A DNA stretch of 64,000 bases from an uncultured delta proteobacterium (GTDB lineage Bacteria; Myxococcota; Myxococcia; Myxococcales; Anaeromyxobacteraceae). This document shows, in pieces, positions 42,278-53,313 of this stretch. The stretch lies in contig CAWFDF010000004.1 in the NCBI GenBank assembly GCA_963814585.1, positions 256,001 through 320,000 of the forward strand, in the 5' to 3' direction. A program made the translations under genes and the position numbers. Below the pieces are notes generated by a model. It was not told the DNA's origin. It saw only the letters and a list, made by a program, of their open reading frames with translations, and did not search any database. Position 1 is the first letter of the stretch, and each line of letters starts with the position of its first letter.

Positions 42278-43372
42278 CTAGCAGGTACGCCGGATGACGT
42301 GGACCGCGGTGGCCTTGAAGGACGCGAACACCGCCCGGCCCCGGTGGAGCCCGAGCGTCGCCAGCGACTCGGCGGTCACCGTCGCCACCAGCGGGAAGCC
42401 GCAGTCGAGCTTCACCTTGAGGTAAGCCCCCGCGGAGGTGACGCTGGCGATGCTGGCCGCGAAGACGTTGCGGGCGCTGCTGCTCCCGGACTGATTGGTG
42501 AGCTCGATGGTCACGTGCTCGGGCCGGATGCAGCAGTAGACGTGGTCACCCGGGGCCCCCGCCCCGATGGCGGAGATCTCCCGCCCGGCCACGGCCATGA
42601 CGATCTCCCCCTCGACGCGGCGCACCACCACGCCCTCGACGATGGTCTCCATCCCCATGCAGCTGGCGACGAACTCGTTGACGGGCTCGTTCATGACCAC
42701 GGCGGGCGGGCCCGACTGGACGATGGCGCCCCGCTGCATCACCACGATCCGCGCCGAGAGCCGGAGCGCCTCGGACTGATCGTGGGTCACCAGGACGGCC
42801 GCCGCGCCGGTCTCGCGGATGGTCCGCTCCAGGTCGTCGGTGATGGCCTGCCGCGTCGGCGGATCGAGGTTGGCGAAGGGCTCGTCGAGGAAGACCACCT
42901 CCGGCTCGACGGCCAGGGCCCGAGCCAGGCTGACCCGCCGCGACTCCCCCCCGGAGAGCCTGCGCGCCGAGCGCTCCTCCAGGGCGGTCAGGCCGAAGCG
43001 CTCCAGCCAGGCCATCACCCGGCGGCGCTCCTCCCGCCGGGGCAGCCCACGGATCCGCAGCCCGGCGGCGACGTTCTGGTAGACGGTCGCCTGGAAGAGG
43101 AGCGGCTCCTGCAGGACCATGGCCATGCGGCGACGCAGCGCGATGGCGTCGCGCTCGGTCGAGACCTCCACGCCCCGCCAGCGCACCTGGCCGGCGGCGC
43201 GGGGGAGGAGGCACATCAGGGAGAGCAGCAGCGAGGACTTCCCGCAGCCGTTCGGGCCGATGAGCGAGATGAACTCCCCCTCCTCGAGCCGGAAGGACGG
43301 GACCTCGAGCACCGTGACCCCTCCCCGGTCCACCCGGAGGTCGTGGGCCTCCAGGAGGGCCGCGGTGGTCAC
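42278..43372 (-). CDS. tupC: Tungstate/molybdate ABC transporter ATP-binding protein with TOBE domains
   Basis: GPNGCGKSS, LSGGESRRVSLARA, LDEPFANLD, SSARNVF..ASFKATAVHV. Confidence 0.82.
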   Translation of the reverse strand: MTTAALLEAHDLRVDRGGVTVLEVPSFRLEEGEFISLIGPNGCGKSSLLLSLMCLLPRAAGQVRWRGVEVSTERDAIALRRRMAMVLQEPLLFQATVYQNVAAGLRIRGLPRREERRRVMAWLERFGLTALEERSARRLSGGESRRVSLARALAVEPEVVFLDEPFANLDPPTRQAITDDLERTIRETGAAAVLVTHDQSEALRLSARIVVMQRGAIVQSGPPAVVMNEPVNEFVASCMGMETIVEGVVVRRVEGEIVMAVAGREISAIGAGAPGDHVYCCIRPEHVTIELTNQSGSSSARNVFAASIASVTSAGAYLKVKLDCGFPLVATVTAESLATLGLHRGRAVFASFKATAVHVIRRTC

Positions 43373-44067
43373 CGGGGCCGCTCCCGCTGCTGGATCAGCG
43401 TGAGGAGGTAGTTGACCGCCAGCGTGACGAGCAGGAGGATCGCCGAGAGCGCGATGGCGACGTCGAAGTTGCCCCGGCCCGTCTCCATGACGGTCGCGGT
43501 GGTGAGGACCCGGGTGGAGCCCCGGATGTTGCCGCCCACCATGATCGAGGCCCCCACCTCGGAGATGACGCCCCCGAACCCGGCCATGACGCCGGCCAGG
43601 AGCGGCAGCCGCGCCTCCCGGAGCAGCAGCCAGACCAGCTGCGTCCTGGTCGCGCCCAGCGCCAGGATCTGGAGCCGCAGCGCCGCGGGCAGCCCCTGCA
43701 CGGCGCCGATGGTGATCCCCATGACGATGGGCGTGGCGATGACCACCTGGGCCAGGACGATGGCCGCCGGGGTGTAGAGGAGCCCCAGCGATCCCAGCGG
43801 CCCGCTGCGCCAGAGGAACAGCGTCACCAGGAGGCCGACCACCACCGGCGGCAGCCCCATGCCGGCATTGACCAGGCTCACCACCAGCTGCTTGCCGGGG
43901 AAGCGGCCCAGGGCGATGACCGTCCCCGCCGAGACCCCGACCACGACGCTGATGGCGGTGGCCGCCACCGACACCTGCAGCGAGAGGAGGGTGATGCCCA
44001 GCACCTCGGGGTCGAGGGAGAGGAGGAGCTGGAAGGCCTTGCGGAGCCCCTCGAGGACGAGATCCAT
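43369..44067 (-). CDS. tupB: Tungstate ABC transporter permease
   Basis: MGLPPVVVGL, RSGPLG, GFGGVISEVGASIMVGGNIRGSTRVLTTA (TupB-type pattern). Confidence 0.88.
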   Translation of the reverse strand: MDLVLEGLRKAFQLLLSLDPEVLGITLLSLQVSVAATAISVVVGVSAGTVIALGRFPGKQLVVSLVNAGMGLPPVVVGLLVTLFLWRSGPLGSLGLLYTPAAIVLAQVVIATPIVMGITIGAVQGLPAALRLQILALGATRTQLVWLLLREARLPLLAGVMAGFGGVISEVGASIMVGGNIRGSTRVLTTATVMETGRGNFDVAIALSAILLLVTLAVNYLLTLIQQRERPR

Positions 44068-44184
44068 CAGGGGCCGTGCGTCGCCGCGGGCAATCGAGGG
44101 AGGACGGCTGGGTGCTGGCTCATGCTGGTGCGAGCCTAGCAGGCGGGGCGTTCCCCGGAAATCGGGCTGGGGGGGCCGGTGGTC

Positions 44185-44218
44185 CCGGCTCCACCTGGAG
44201 CGTGGCAGGTGGAGCCGG
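44185..44218. terminator. 13-bp-stem hairpin just downstream of the Spy-like gene
   Basis: CCGGCTCCACCTG-N8-CAGGTGGAGCCGG; no clear U-tract. Confidence 0.5.
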
Positions 44219-44235
44219 CTCGACCCCGGGCCCGG

Positions 44236-44928
44236 CTACTCGAAGGCGGGGCCGTCGTCCCAGTCGCCGCCGGCGTCGTTCATGCCCAGCTGACCCCAGC
44301 CAGGGCCGCCGCCGGGACCATGCGGACCGGGGCCGTGCGGGCCGGGGCCCATGCCCGGGCAATCGGGGCCGCCAGGGCAACCGGGGCCGCCGGGACCGGG
44401 CCCCCGACCGCGCCCGCCCGGCCGCAGCTCCTGCATGGCCCGCTGGTGGAACTTGGCGAGGAAGAGCACCGCCCGGGCCCGCTTCTCGGGAGGGAGGTCC
44501 CTGGTGACGGTGGTCACCACCTCGCGGTCGATCACCTGCACCTGGGCGCGGGCGTCGAGAAGCCTGGTGATGGCGGCGTCGACGTCGGCGGCGGCCACCT
44601 TCTCACCCTGGGCGGAGCGGCGCAGCAGCTGGACCGAGTCGCGCATCTGGACCATGGCGGCCTGCCGGCGAGGCGTGAACTTGTCGATCTGGCCGCCGAG
44701 CTTGAGCGCCGCGGCGTCGTCGAGCTGGAGGGTCTCGGCCAGCCCGAGCGTCAGGGCGAGCTTCATCCGGCGCTGCAGCTTCTCCATCCGGGCCGGGTCC
44801 AGCGGGTCCATCGGGCCCGGCTGGCCGGGGCCGGCGGCCGGGGCGCCAGGCTTGGCGGCCGGCGGCGGCGCGGCCTGGGCGAAGGCCAGCACGGGGGCCA
44901 GGGCGAGCAGCAGGGCGAGCTTCCTCAT
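44236..44928 (-). CDS. Exported Spy/CpxP-like helical periplasmic protein with Gly/Pro-rich tail
   Basis: Signal peptide MRKLALLLALAPVLAFA, LQLDD and LPPEKRAR (LTxxQ-like), helical core, AAGGA RBS. Confidence 0.68.
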   Translation of the reverse strand: MRKLALLLALAPVLAFAQAAPPPAAKPGAPAAGPGQPGPMDPLDPARMEKLQRRMKLALTLGLAETLQLDDAAALKLGGQIDKFTPRRQAAMVQMRDSVQLLRRSAQGEKVAAADVDAAITRLLDARAQVQVIDREVVTTVTRDLPPEKRARAVLFLAKFHQRAMQELRPGGRGRGPGPGGPGCPGGPDCPGMGPGPHGPGPHGPGGGPGWGQLGMNDAGGDWDDGPAFE

Positions 44929-44971
44929 GGGTCGTTCCTTTCGGTGAAACGGGTCGCTTCACTGCGCGTCA

Positions 44972-45472
44972 TCAGTCGTCGGCCAGCAGCACGGCCAGCG
45001 CCACCTCGTCGGCCCCCGACATGGCGGCGGTCGAGCCGTCGTCGGAGGCGAGGTCGCTGGCGGTCCAGAGCTCGTCGGCGTCGGGCGGCTCCCACCCGGC
45101 CGGCGCCGCGGCGAGCCGGGCCGCCGGTGCGTCCACGGTGGTCCGGTGGGAGAAGGCCGGCGCCACCAGGAAGGCCACCGCCGCGGCCACGGCCAGCAGC
45201 GCCGCGGCCACCCGGAGCGGGGGCCGCCCGCGGAGCTCGGTCCGCCGCTGCTCCAGCCGGACCGCCTCGGCGAGGCCGGTCAGGGCGTCCCGCTCGGCCT
45301 GGGCCGGCGGCGGCAGCGCCGCCATCGAGAGCACCTCGGCGAGCGCCTCGCCCTCGGCCCGGCAGCCGGCGCACCCGGCCAGGTGAGCCTCGAGCCGCGC
45401 GGCGTCGCCGGCGGCGACCTCGCCCGCGGCGCGGTCGGTGAGGAGCGGCAGCCAGCCGGCGCAGGCGGTCAT
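44972..45472 (-). CDS. zf-HC2 anti-sigma factor
   Basis: HLAGCAGC (HxxxCxxC) and a single TM helix; ATGA overlap with the ECF sigma gene. Confidence 0.85.
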   Translation of the reverse strand: MTACAGWLPLLTDRAAGEVAAGDAARLEAHLAGCAGCRAEGEALAEVLSMAALPPPAQAERDALTGLAEAVRLEQRRTELRGRPPLRVAAALLAVAAAVAFLVAPAFSHRTTVDAPAARLAAAPAGWEPPDADELWTASDLASDDGSTAAMSGADEVALAVLLADD

Positions 45473-46101
45473 GCACCCTCCTGGCCCAGCTCGGCGCGGA
45501 GCCGGCGGGCGGCGAGGTGGAAGGAGACCTTGGCGGCGTTCTCGGTGATCCCGAGCGTCGCGCCGATCTCGGCGAAGGGCAGCTCGGCGTCGAGCCGGAG
45601 GGTCAGCACCTCGCGCTGCCGGCGCGGCAGCCGCAGGACGGCGCGGCGCACCCGGGCGGTGGCCTGGGCCCGCTCCAGCCGCTCCGGCGCCGACGGGGCG
45701 CCGGACGCCAGCGCCTCCGCCTCCACCGGCGACCTCGTCCAGCGGCCGGCGTCGCGCCGGTGGTTCTTGGCCAGGTTGACGGCGACGCGCACCAGCCAGC
45801 GCCGGAAGGGGACGGCGTTGCGCCCGCGCTTCGCCAGCAGGCGGCGCGCCGACTCGAAGGCCTTCAGGAAGGTCCGCTGGGCGAGGTCCCGGGCGTCCTC
45901 CGGCGTGGCGGCGTAGCGCCGGACGATGGCCAGCACCAGCGGCTGGTGGCGCCGGACCAGCTCGCCGAAGGCCTCGTCGTCGCCGACCAGCCAGGCGCCG
46001 AGCAGGGCGTCCTCGTCGCGCGGCTCGGCGGCGCGGCCGCCCCCGACCAGCGTCAGCCTCGGTCGTCCGGTGTCGTCGTCTCGCATGCGCGTGGCCGCCA
46101 T
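45469..46101 (-). CDS. ECF RNA polymerase sigma factor
   Basis: GDDEAFGELVRRHQ, DARDLAQRTFLKAF, FRRWLVRVAVN, LPRRQREVLTLR..EIGATLG; exact start uncertain (46104, 46101 or 46086). Confidence 0.9.
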   Translation of the reverse strand: MAATRMRDDDTGRPRLTLVGGGRAAEPRDEDALLGAWLVGDDEAFGELVRRHQPLVLAIVRRYAATPEDARDLAQRTFLKAFESARRLLAKRGRNAVPFRRWLVRVAVNLAKNHRRDAGRWTRSPVEAEALASGAPSAPERLERAQATARVRRAVLRLPRRQREVLTLRLDAELPFAEIGATLGITENAAKVSFHLAARRLRAELGQEGA

Positions 46102-46138
46102 CACCCCGTGGAAGACCCCTTGCCCTCCCCGAGGTTAA

Positions 46139-47497
<1,359 letters not shown>

Positions 47498-47552
47498 CGG
47501 GGCGGGGGCTGTCCGGGCGTCGCGGGTCGCCCGGGCTGGGGGCGTTCCGGAC

Positions 47553-47581
47553 TTGATCCCGGCACGCCCATCCTCTATACA
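47553..47581 (+). promoter_or_regulatory. Sigma-70-type promoter of the tRNA cluster
   Basis: TTGATC-N17-TATACA, 70 nt upstream of the first tRNA. Confidence 0.6.
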
Positions 47582-47651
47582 GGGCGGCTCGAATGCCCTT
47601 CCGGTCGGTTTTCCCCGGGACGGCGGCAGGTTGACGGACGAGGCAGGGTTC

Positions 47652-47741
47652 GGAGGAGTGGCCGAGCGGTCGAAGGCGGCGGTCTTGAAAACCGTTGAGG
47701 GTTCACGCCCTCCGAAGGTTCGAATCCTTCCTCCTCCGCCA
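47652..47741 (+). tRNA. tRNA-Ser (anticodon TGA)
   Basis: Acceptor stem GGAGGAG/CTCCTCC, anticodon loop CT-TGA-AA, long variable arm, GGTTCGAATCC T-arm, G discriminator, CCA. Confidence 0.96.
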
Positions 47742-47762
47742 CAACGAGGAACGAGCGTTTCT

Positions 47763-47854
47763 GGAAAGGTGGCCGAGAGGCCGAAGGCGCTGGTTTGCTA
47801 AACCAGTGTACGGGGTAACCTGTACCGAGGGTTCGAATCCCTCCCTTTCCGCCA
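47763..47854 (+). tRNA. tRNA-Ser (anticodon GCT)
   Basis: GGAAAGG/CCTTTCC stem, CTGGT-TT-GCT-AA-ACCAG, long variable arm, TTCGAAT, GCCA. Confidence 0.96.
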
Positions 47855-47880
47855 GTCGTGGCGGTCGAACAAGAGGTGTT

Positions 47881-47957
47881 GCGCCCTTAGCTCAGATGGA
47901 TAGAGCGTCGGACTACGAATCCGAAGGCCAGAGGTTCGAATCCTCTAGGGCGCGCCA
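47881..47957 (+). tRNA. tRNA-Arg (anticodon ACG)
   Basis: GCGCCCT/AGGGCGC stem, TCGGA-CT-ACG-AA-TCCGA, GGTTCGAATCC, GCCA. Confidence 0.96.
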
Positions 47958-47964
47958 GTCGAGA

Positions 47965-48002
47965 GAAGCCCCCGTGACGCCAGTCGCGGGGGCTTCGTGT
48001 TT
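47965..48002 (+). terminator. Intrinsic terminator of the tRNA operon
   Basis: GAAGCCCCCGTGAC-GCCA-GTCGCGGGGGCTTC followed by GTGTTT. Confidence 0.8.
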
Positions 48003-48130
48003 CCGCAGGGCCACTTCACGATGCCAGCCGCACCTCGGAGACCCGGGCTCGCGAACCGATGGTGGTATCGTGCGTGTCCCTGGCCGTGCTGCAGCGCCCC
48101 GATGAGCGACCTGGTGCCCAGGAGTGAGCG

Positions 48131-48709
48131 ATGGCTGCGAAGAAGAAGGCCAGCCCCAGTGGCCGACCCAGGATTGAGGCGAAGGCCAGTCGAGGGCTGC
48201 TCGCCACCCTGCAGCGTCGCTTCGAGGCGCATCCGAACCGCCATCCTGGGCTCGACTGGGAGACGGTGGAGCCGCGCCTCGATGCCAGCGTCCTCGCCAG
48301 GCTGGCCAGGATGGAGGTGAGCGGAGGCGAGCCCGACGTGGCGCTGATCGAGGGACCCGGCATCGTGGTCTTCGTCGACTGTGCCGCCCAGAGCCCGAGC
48401 GGACGCCGTAGCCTCTGCTTCGATCGCGAGGCGTGGCAGGCCCGCAAGGAGGCACGACCCGCGGACAACGTGCTCGACGTGGCGTCGTCGATGGGCGTCG
48501 AGCTCCTCACCGAGCAGGAGTATCGGGCGCTGCAGGCCCTGGAGGCCCTCGACACCACGACGTCGAGCTGGATCGCGACGCCTCCGGCGATCCGTGCCGC
48601 TGGCGGCGCGCTGTTCTGCGACCGCCGCTACGACCACGTCTTCGTCTACCACAACGGCGCCCAGTCCTATTACGCGGCGAGGGGCTTCCGGGCGAAGCTC
48701 CGGGTCTGA
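48131..48709 (+). CDS. DUF4256 family protein
   Basis: MEVSGGEPDV, SPSGRRSLCFDREA, MGVELLTEQEYR, TSSW, HVFVYHNGAQSYYAARGFR; AGGAG RBS. Confidence 0.85.
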   Translation: MAAKKKASPSGRPRIEAKASRGLLATLQRRFEAHPNRHPGLDWETVEPRLDASVLARLARMEVSGGEPDVALIEGPGIVVFVDCAAQSPSGRRSLCFDREAWQARKEARPADNVLDVASSMGVELLTEQEYRALQALEALDTTTSSWIATPPAIRAAGGALFCDRRYDHVFVYHNGAQSYYAARGFRAKLRV

Positions 48710-48770
48710 GCGACGGAACCCCGCGTCTGGGCGCTGCGGCGACCCATCGTGTCGCAGCGGGAGGCGGGGC

Positions 48771-49385
48771 TCAGGGGTCCTCGGCGGGATCCGCGGAGGG
48801 CCCCCGCTCCGTGCGCGAGCGGGGCGCCCGCTCCTGCTTCGGCACCTCGTACGTCAGCGTCGCGAACCCGGTCCCGCTCGCCACCGCCGAGACCAGCCTC
48901 ATCGGCGGCGAGTCGATCCGCCGCGGCAGGAGCGGCTTCCCCTTGCCGAGCGTCACCGAGGCCACGCCCACGATCAGCTCGTCGAGCAGCCCGGCGTCGT
49001 GGAACTGGCCGGCCAGCTCCCCGCCGCCGACGATCCAGACGTTCCTCCCCATCGCGGCCGTCGCCATCAGCGCGTGCACCGGCCGCACGTCGCCGCGCAC
49101 GAAGCGGACGTCGGCGCCCGGCGGCGTCATCCACTCGCGCGACGTGAAGACCCAGGTCGGCACCGCATACGGCCAGGGCTGCTCCTTGTCCGCGCCGGGC
49201 GCGATGAGGTGCGTGAGCATCCAGCCGTAGGTCGACGCACCCATGGCGAGGGCGCCGACGCCGGCGATGAAGCGGTGGTACTCGCCGGGAGGCCCGTCTC
49301 CACACCTGAAGAGCCAGTCGAGGGAGTGGTGCTCGTCGGCGATGAAGCCGTCGAGCGTCGCGGCGGTGAAGTACTGGGTCTTCAT
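48771..49385 (-). CDS. Dihydrofolate reductase/RibD C-terminal domain family protein
   Basis: TQYFTAATLDGFIAD, MGASTY, VWIVGGGELAGQF..GLLDEL..LGKGKPL; GGAGGAG RBS before ATG 49385. Confidence 0.88.
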   Translation of the reverse strand: MKTQYFTAATLDGFIADEHHSLDWLFRCGDGPPGEYHRFIAGVGALAMGASTYGWMLTHLIAPGADKEQPWPYAVPTWVFTSREWMTPPGADVRFVRGDVRPVHALMATAAMGRNVWIVGGGELAGQFHDAGLLDELIVGVASVTLGKGKPLLPRRIDSPPMRLVSAVASGTGFATLTYEVPKQERAPRSRTERGPSADPAEDP

Positions 49386-49476
49386 GGTCTCCTCCCGGGT
49401 CTTGAACCAATGGAGGGGAGTCACCGCCATCCATGCTATCGGACTCCAATGGCGGGTTGAATACCTGCCCCCGCCC

Positions 49477-52188
49477 TCAGGCGCTGAGGCCCCCGAACCA
49501 GCCCCGCCGCTCCATCCACTTCGCGAGCTCGAGGACCGGGGACACCGTGCAGGCCGCGGCCACCACGATGATCCAGTCCAGGAGGGGCAGCGGGTAGGTC
49601 CCGAACGGCCCGTTGAGGACGGGCACGTAGATGATCAGCGCGAGCGCGGCCAGCTCCCAGGCGACGGCGAGGTTCAGCCACCGGTTGGCGAACGGTCGCA
49701 CCAGGACGGAGTGCCGGTCCGACCGGAAGTTGTAGGCCTTGACGAACTGGATCAGCACCAGGGACACGAACGTCATGGTCACCGCCTCCGCCGCGCTCCG
49801 GCCGGAGCCGAGGGCCCAGGCGAAGAGGCCGATGTTGACCAGCATCGACCACGCCCCGCCCAGCAGCGTCAGCGTCAGGACGGGCCGCGTGAAGACCCCC
49901 ACCCTGGGATCGCGGGGAGGGCGCCGCATGAGGTCGGCCTCCGGAGGATCCACGGCCAGCGCCAGGGCCGGGAGGCCGTCGGTGGCCAGGTTCACGTACA
50001 GGATCTGGACCGCCGTCAGGGGGAGCGGCAACCCGAGCAGGGAGGCGCCCGCCATGAGCCCGATCTCGCCGACGTTCGACGAGAGCAGGTACATCAGGTA
50101 CTTCTTGATGTTGCTGAAGACGGCCCGGCCCTCCTCGACCGCGGCCACGATCGACGCGAAGTTGTCGTCGATCAGCGTCATGGCGGCGGCGTCCTTGGTC
50201 ACGTCGGTCCCGGTGACGCCCATGGCGACGCCGATGTCGGCCTTCTTGAGCGCCGGGGCGTCGTTGACGCCGTCCCCGGTCATGGCCACGTAGCGTCCCT
50301 TTCCCTGCCAGGCCGCGACGACCCGGAGCTTGTGGGCCGGCGAGACGCGCGCGTAGACCTCGATGGCCCCGACCTGGCGCTCGAGCTCCTCGTCGCTCAT
50401 CGCGTCCAGCTCTGGCCCGGTCACGATCCGACCTTGCTTGAGCAGCCCCAGCTCGCGGGCGATCGCCTGGGCGGTGAGCGCGTGGTCACCGGTGATCAGG
50501 ATCGGCTTGATGCCGGCCCGCTCGCACGCCTCGATGGCCCGGCCGGCCTCGGGACGCGGCGGATCGATCATCCCGACGAGCCCGAGGAAGGTCATCCCGC
50601 GCTCGGCGTCCTCGAGGCTGGCGTGAGGCTTGACCGCCACGGCGAGGACGCGGAGCGCCTCGCTCGCCATGCGCCGGGCCGCGCCGAGGATCCGCTCCCG
50701 GTCCGCCGGCCCCAGGTCGTGATCGCCGTCGTCACCGCTCAGGCGGCTGCACCCCTCGAGGACGACCTCGGGCGCACCCTTCGAGCACGCCACCACGCCA
50801 TCCGCGGTGCGATGCAGCGTGGTCATCCGCTTGGTCTCGGAGGAGAACGGGATCTCCGCCACCCGCGGGCTGTCGATCTCGAGCTCGTGCCGGTGCAGGC
50901 CGGCCTTCGCCGCCGCCACCACCAGCGCCAGCTCGGTGGAGTCGCCCCGGCCGGGCCCGCCCGCCGCCGTCTCGCCGTGTCGCCCGAGCCGGGCGTCCGA
51001 CGCCAGGGCGGCCGCCCGCAGCAGGGCCAGCACCGCCGGCGGCGGCGGGGCGGACTGCCCCGCCTCGGAGAACTCCCCGCGCGGCTCGTAGCCCGCGCCG
51101 GAGACGTCGAAGGTCCGCCCCGCGGCCTCGATCCGCCGGACGGTCATCTCGCCCCGGGTCAGCGTCCCGGTCTTGTCCGAGGCGATGACGGAGACGCTCC
51201 CCAGCGTCTCCACGGCCGAGAGCCTGCGCACCAGCGCGTTGCGCCTCACCATGCGCTGCGCGCCGAGGGCCAGGGAGATGGTCACGACGGCCGGGAGGGC
51301 CTCGGGGACGACCGCCACGGCCAGGGCGATCCCGAAGATCAGCATCTCCCAGAACGACTGGCCCCTGAGGATCCCGAGCAGGACGATCAGCGCCACGACC
51401 GCCACGGCGGCGCGGGCCAGGATCTGGCCCACCCGGTCGAGGTTCTGCTGCAGGGGCGTGCGCCGGCTCTCCACGCCTTCCAGCAGGCGGGCGATCGATC
51501 CGAACTCCGTGCGCATCCCGGTCGCGACGACGACCGCCGACCCCCGGCCGTAGGTCACGGCGGTGCCGGCGTAGACCATGTTCCTCCGATCGCCGATCGC
51601 CAGGTCGGCCCCGGCCAGGGGATCGGTGGCCTTCCGGACGGGCATGGACTCCCCGGTCAGGGCGGCCTCGTCGATCTTGAGGTTGACGTCCTCGGTGACC
51701 CGCGCGTCGGCCGGGACCTTGGCGCCGGCCTCGAGGAGGACGACGTCGCCCGGCACCAGGTCGCGGGCGGCGATCTCCCGCTCCTCGCCGTCGCGCAGGG
51801 CCGTGGCCAGGGGGGCGGCCATGCGCCGCAGCCCCTCCATGGCGCGCTCGGCCCGGTACTCCTGGACGAAGCCCAGCACCACCGCGAACAGCATGATCAC
51901 GGCGATGACCACGGCCTCCAGGGTGTGCCCCAGCAAGGCCGAGAGCCCGACCGCGACCAGGAGGATCAGGATGAGGACGTTCTTGAACTGCGCGAGGACG
52001 AGGCTCCAGGGCGAGGCGGAAGCGGAGGCGGCGAGCTCGTTCGGCCCATGCTCGGCCAGGCGTCGGGCGGCCTCCTCGCCGGTCAGTCCGCTCCCGGTGG
52101 AGGCGAGCCGGTCGTGGACGGCCGCCACGGAGAGCGTGTGCCATACGGACACGGGATCCGGGGGCGCTGGAGCGGGGCTTGCCGGCAT
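49477..52188 (-). CDS. Cation-transporting P-type ATPase (type IIA, Ca2+-ATPase-like)
   Basis: [57 protein letters not shown]. Confidence 0.93.
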   Translation of the reverse strand: MPASPAPAPPDPVSVWHTLSVAAVHDRLASTGSGLTGEEAARRLAEHGPNELAASASASPWSLVLAQFKNVLILILLVAVGLSALLGHTLEAVVIAVIMLFAVVLGFVQEYRAERAMEGLRRMAAPLATALRDGEEREIAARDLVPGDVVLLEAGAKVPADARVTEDVNLKIDEAALTGESMPVRKATDPLAGADLAIGDRRNMVYAGTAVTYGRGSAVVVATGMRTEFGSIARLLEGVESRRTPLQQNLDRVGQILARAAVAVVALIVLLGILRGQSFWEMLIFGIALAVAVVPEALPAVVTISLALGAQRMVRRNALVRRLSAVETLGSVSVIASDKTGTLTRGEMTVRRIEAAGRTFDVSGAGYEPRGEFSEAGQSAPPPPAVLALLRAAALASDARLGRHGETAAGGPGRGDSTELALVVAAAKAGLHRHELEIDSPRVAEIPFSSETKRMTTLHRTADGVVACSKGAPEVVLEGCSRLSGDDGDHDLGPADRERILGAARRMASEALRVLAVAVKPHASLEDAERGMTFLGLVGMIDPPRPEAGRAIEACERAGIKPILITGDHALTAQAIARELGLLKQGRIVTGPELDAMSDEELERQVGAIEVYARVSPAHKLRVVAAWQGKGRYVAMTGDGVNDAPALKKADIGVAMGVTGTDVTKDAAAMTLIDDNFASIVAAVEEGRAVFSNIKKYLMYLLSSNVGEIGLMAGASLLGLPLPLTAVQILYVNLATDGLPALALAVDPPEADLMRRPPRDPRVGVFTRPVLTLTLLGGAWSMLVNIGLFAWALGSGRSAAEAVTMTFVSLVLIQFVKAYNFRSDRHSVLVRPFANRWLNLAVAWELAALALIIYVPVLNGPFGTYPLPLLDWIIVVAAACTVSPVLELAKWMERRGWFGGLSA

Positions 52189-52371
52189 CAGGTTGCCCTC
52201 CTCATGTCGGGACGGCCTCCGCGGCGCCCGCCTCCTCGCCTGGCCCTCGGAGCCCGCGGGCTGGAGGCTCCAGGAGGCTGGGGACAGCCGGCTCCAGGAT
52301 GGTCGCGAGCCCGTCCCTGCCCCTGCCCGGGCAGCGTAGGCGCGGGACCGTGATCATGCCAATTCATTGTG

Positions 52372-52384
52372 TTGACGTGATCAA
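52372..52384. promoter_or_regulatory. Candidate LysR box TTGA-N5-TCAA (T-N11-A)
   Basis: TTGACGTGATCAA dyad in an AT-rich patch between the divergent ATPase and LysR genes. Confidence 0.55.
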
Positions 52385-52401
52385 TAGAAACTTGTCAATG
52401 T

Positions 52402-53313
52402 ATGGACGGGATCGTGGACCACCTCAACTACCACCACCTCCGGGTCTTCTGGACGGCCGCACGCGAGGGTGGCGTGACGCGCGCGAGCGAGAAGCTGCAC
52501 GTCTCGCAGCCGACGGTCACCAGCCAGATCCGGGCGCTCGAGCGGGTGCTCGGCCAGAGGCTCTTCGTCCGCTCGGGCCGCAGCCTGGTGCTCACCGCCT
52601 CGGGGCGATCCGCCTACCGGTACGCCGACGAGATCGTCGGACTGGGCCAGGAGCTGCTGGACGGGATGAAGGGGGGATCCCCGGGACGCGAGGTCCGGCT
52701 GACCGTCGGCATCGCGGACGTGCTCGCCAAGCAGATCGCCTACCGGATCCTGGAGCCGGCGCTGCGGCTCCCCGAGCCCGTGCGGGTGGAGGGGATCGAG
52801 GACGCTCCCGAGCGCCTGCTGGCCGAGCTCGCGGTCTTCGGGCTGGACGTGGTGCTCTCGGACGCCCCGGTCGGGCCAGCAGCCAGGGTCCGCGCGCACG
52901 ACCACCTGCTGGGCGAGTGCGCGGTCTCGGTGTTCGGCGCAGCCCGCCTGGCCCGGGCCTACCAGCGCGGGTTTCCACGCTCCCTCGACGGCGCCCCCTT
53001 CCTGCTTCCCAGGCCGCACTCGGCCCTGCGGCTCGCGCTGGACGACTGGTTCGATCGCGAGGGCGTGCGGCCTCGAGTGGTCGGGGAGTTCGACGACAGC
53101 GCCCTCATGAATGCGCTCGGACAGGCCGGGCTCGGCCTGTTCCCCGCGCCGTCTCCCATCGCGGAGGAGGTGTGCCGCCAGTACCAGGTCCGCTCGATGG
53201 GGACGATCGAGTCCGTCCGCCAGAGGTTCTACGCCATCACCGTCGAGCGCACCGTCAAGCACCCGGCGGTCCTCGCCATCTGCGAGGCCGCCCGCCGCAG
53301 GCTCTTCCAGTGA
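52402..53313 (+). CDS. nhaR: LysR family regulator, NhaR-like
   Basis: LNYHHLRVFW..REGGVTRASEKLHVSQPTVTSQIRALE, YADEI, GEFDDSALM, FYAITVERTVKHPAV; start may be GTG 52414. Confidence 0.82.
   Translation: MDGIVDHLNYHHLRVFWTAAREGGVTRASEKLHVSQPTVTSQIRALERVLGQRLFVRSGRSLVLTASGRSAYRYADEIVGLGQELLDGMKGGSPGREVRLTVGIADVLAKQIAYRILEPALRLPEPVRVEGIEDAPERLLAELAVFGLDVVLSDAPVGPAARVRAHDHLLGECAVSVFGAARLARAYQRGFPRSLDGAPFLLPRPHSALRLALDDWFDREGVRPRVVGEFDDSALMNALGQAGLGLFPAPSPIAEEVCRQYQVRSMGTIESVRQRFYAITVERTVKHPAVLAICEAARRRLFQ

Noticed and set aside
44068..44184. Moco/Wco riboswitch upstream of tupB
   Set aside because: Apart from a CCTCCC run, the conserved elements and stems were not recognisable.
47652..47741. 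Selenocysteine or suppressor tRNA (TGA in the anticodon loop)
   Set aside because: Anticodon TGA reads UCA (Ser); tRNA-Sec would carry TCA and a longer acceptor stem. This one has a normal 7-bp stem.
47553..48105. Short ORFs over the tRNA cluster
   Set aside because: They overlap three canonical tRNAs and a terminator.
52189..52350. yybP-ykoY or Na+/Li+ riboswitch ahead of the P-type ATPase
   Set aside because: No recognisable consensus; an Infernal search would be needed to exclude it fully.
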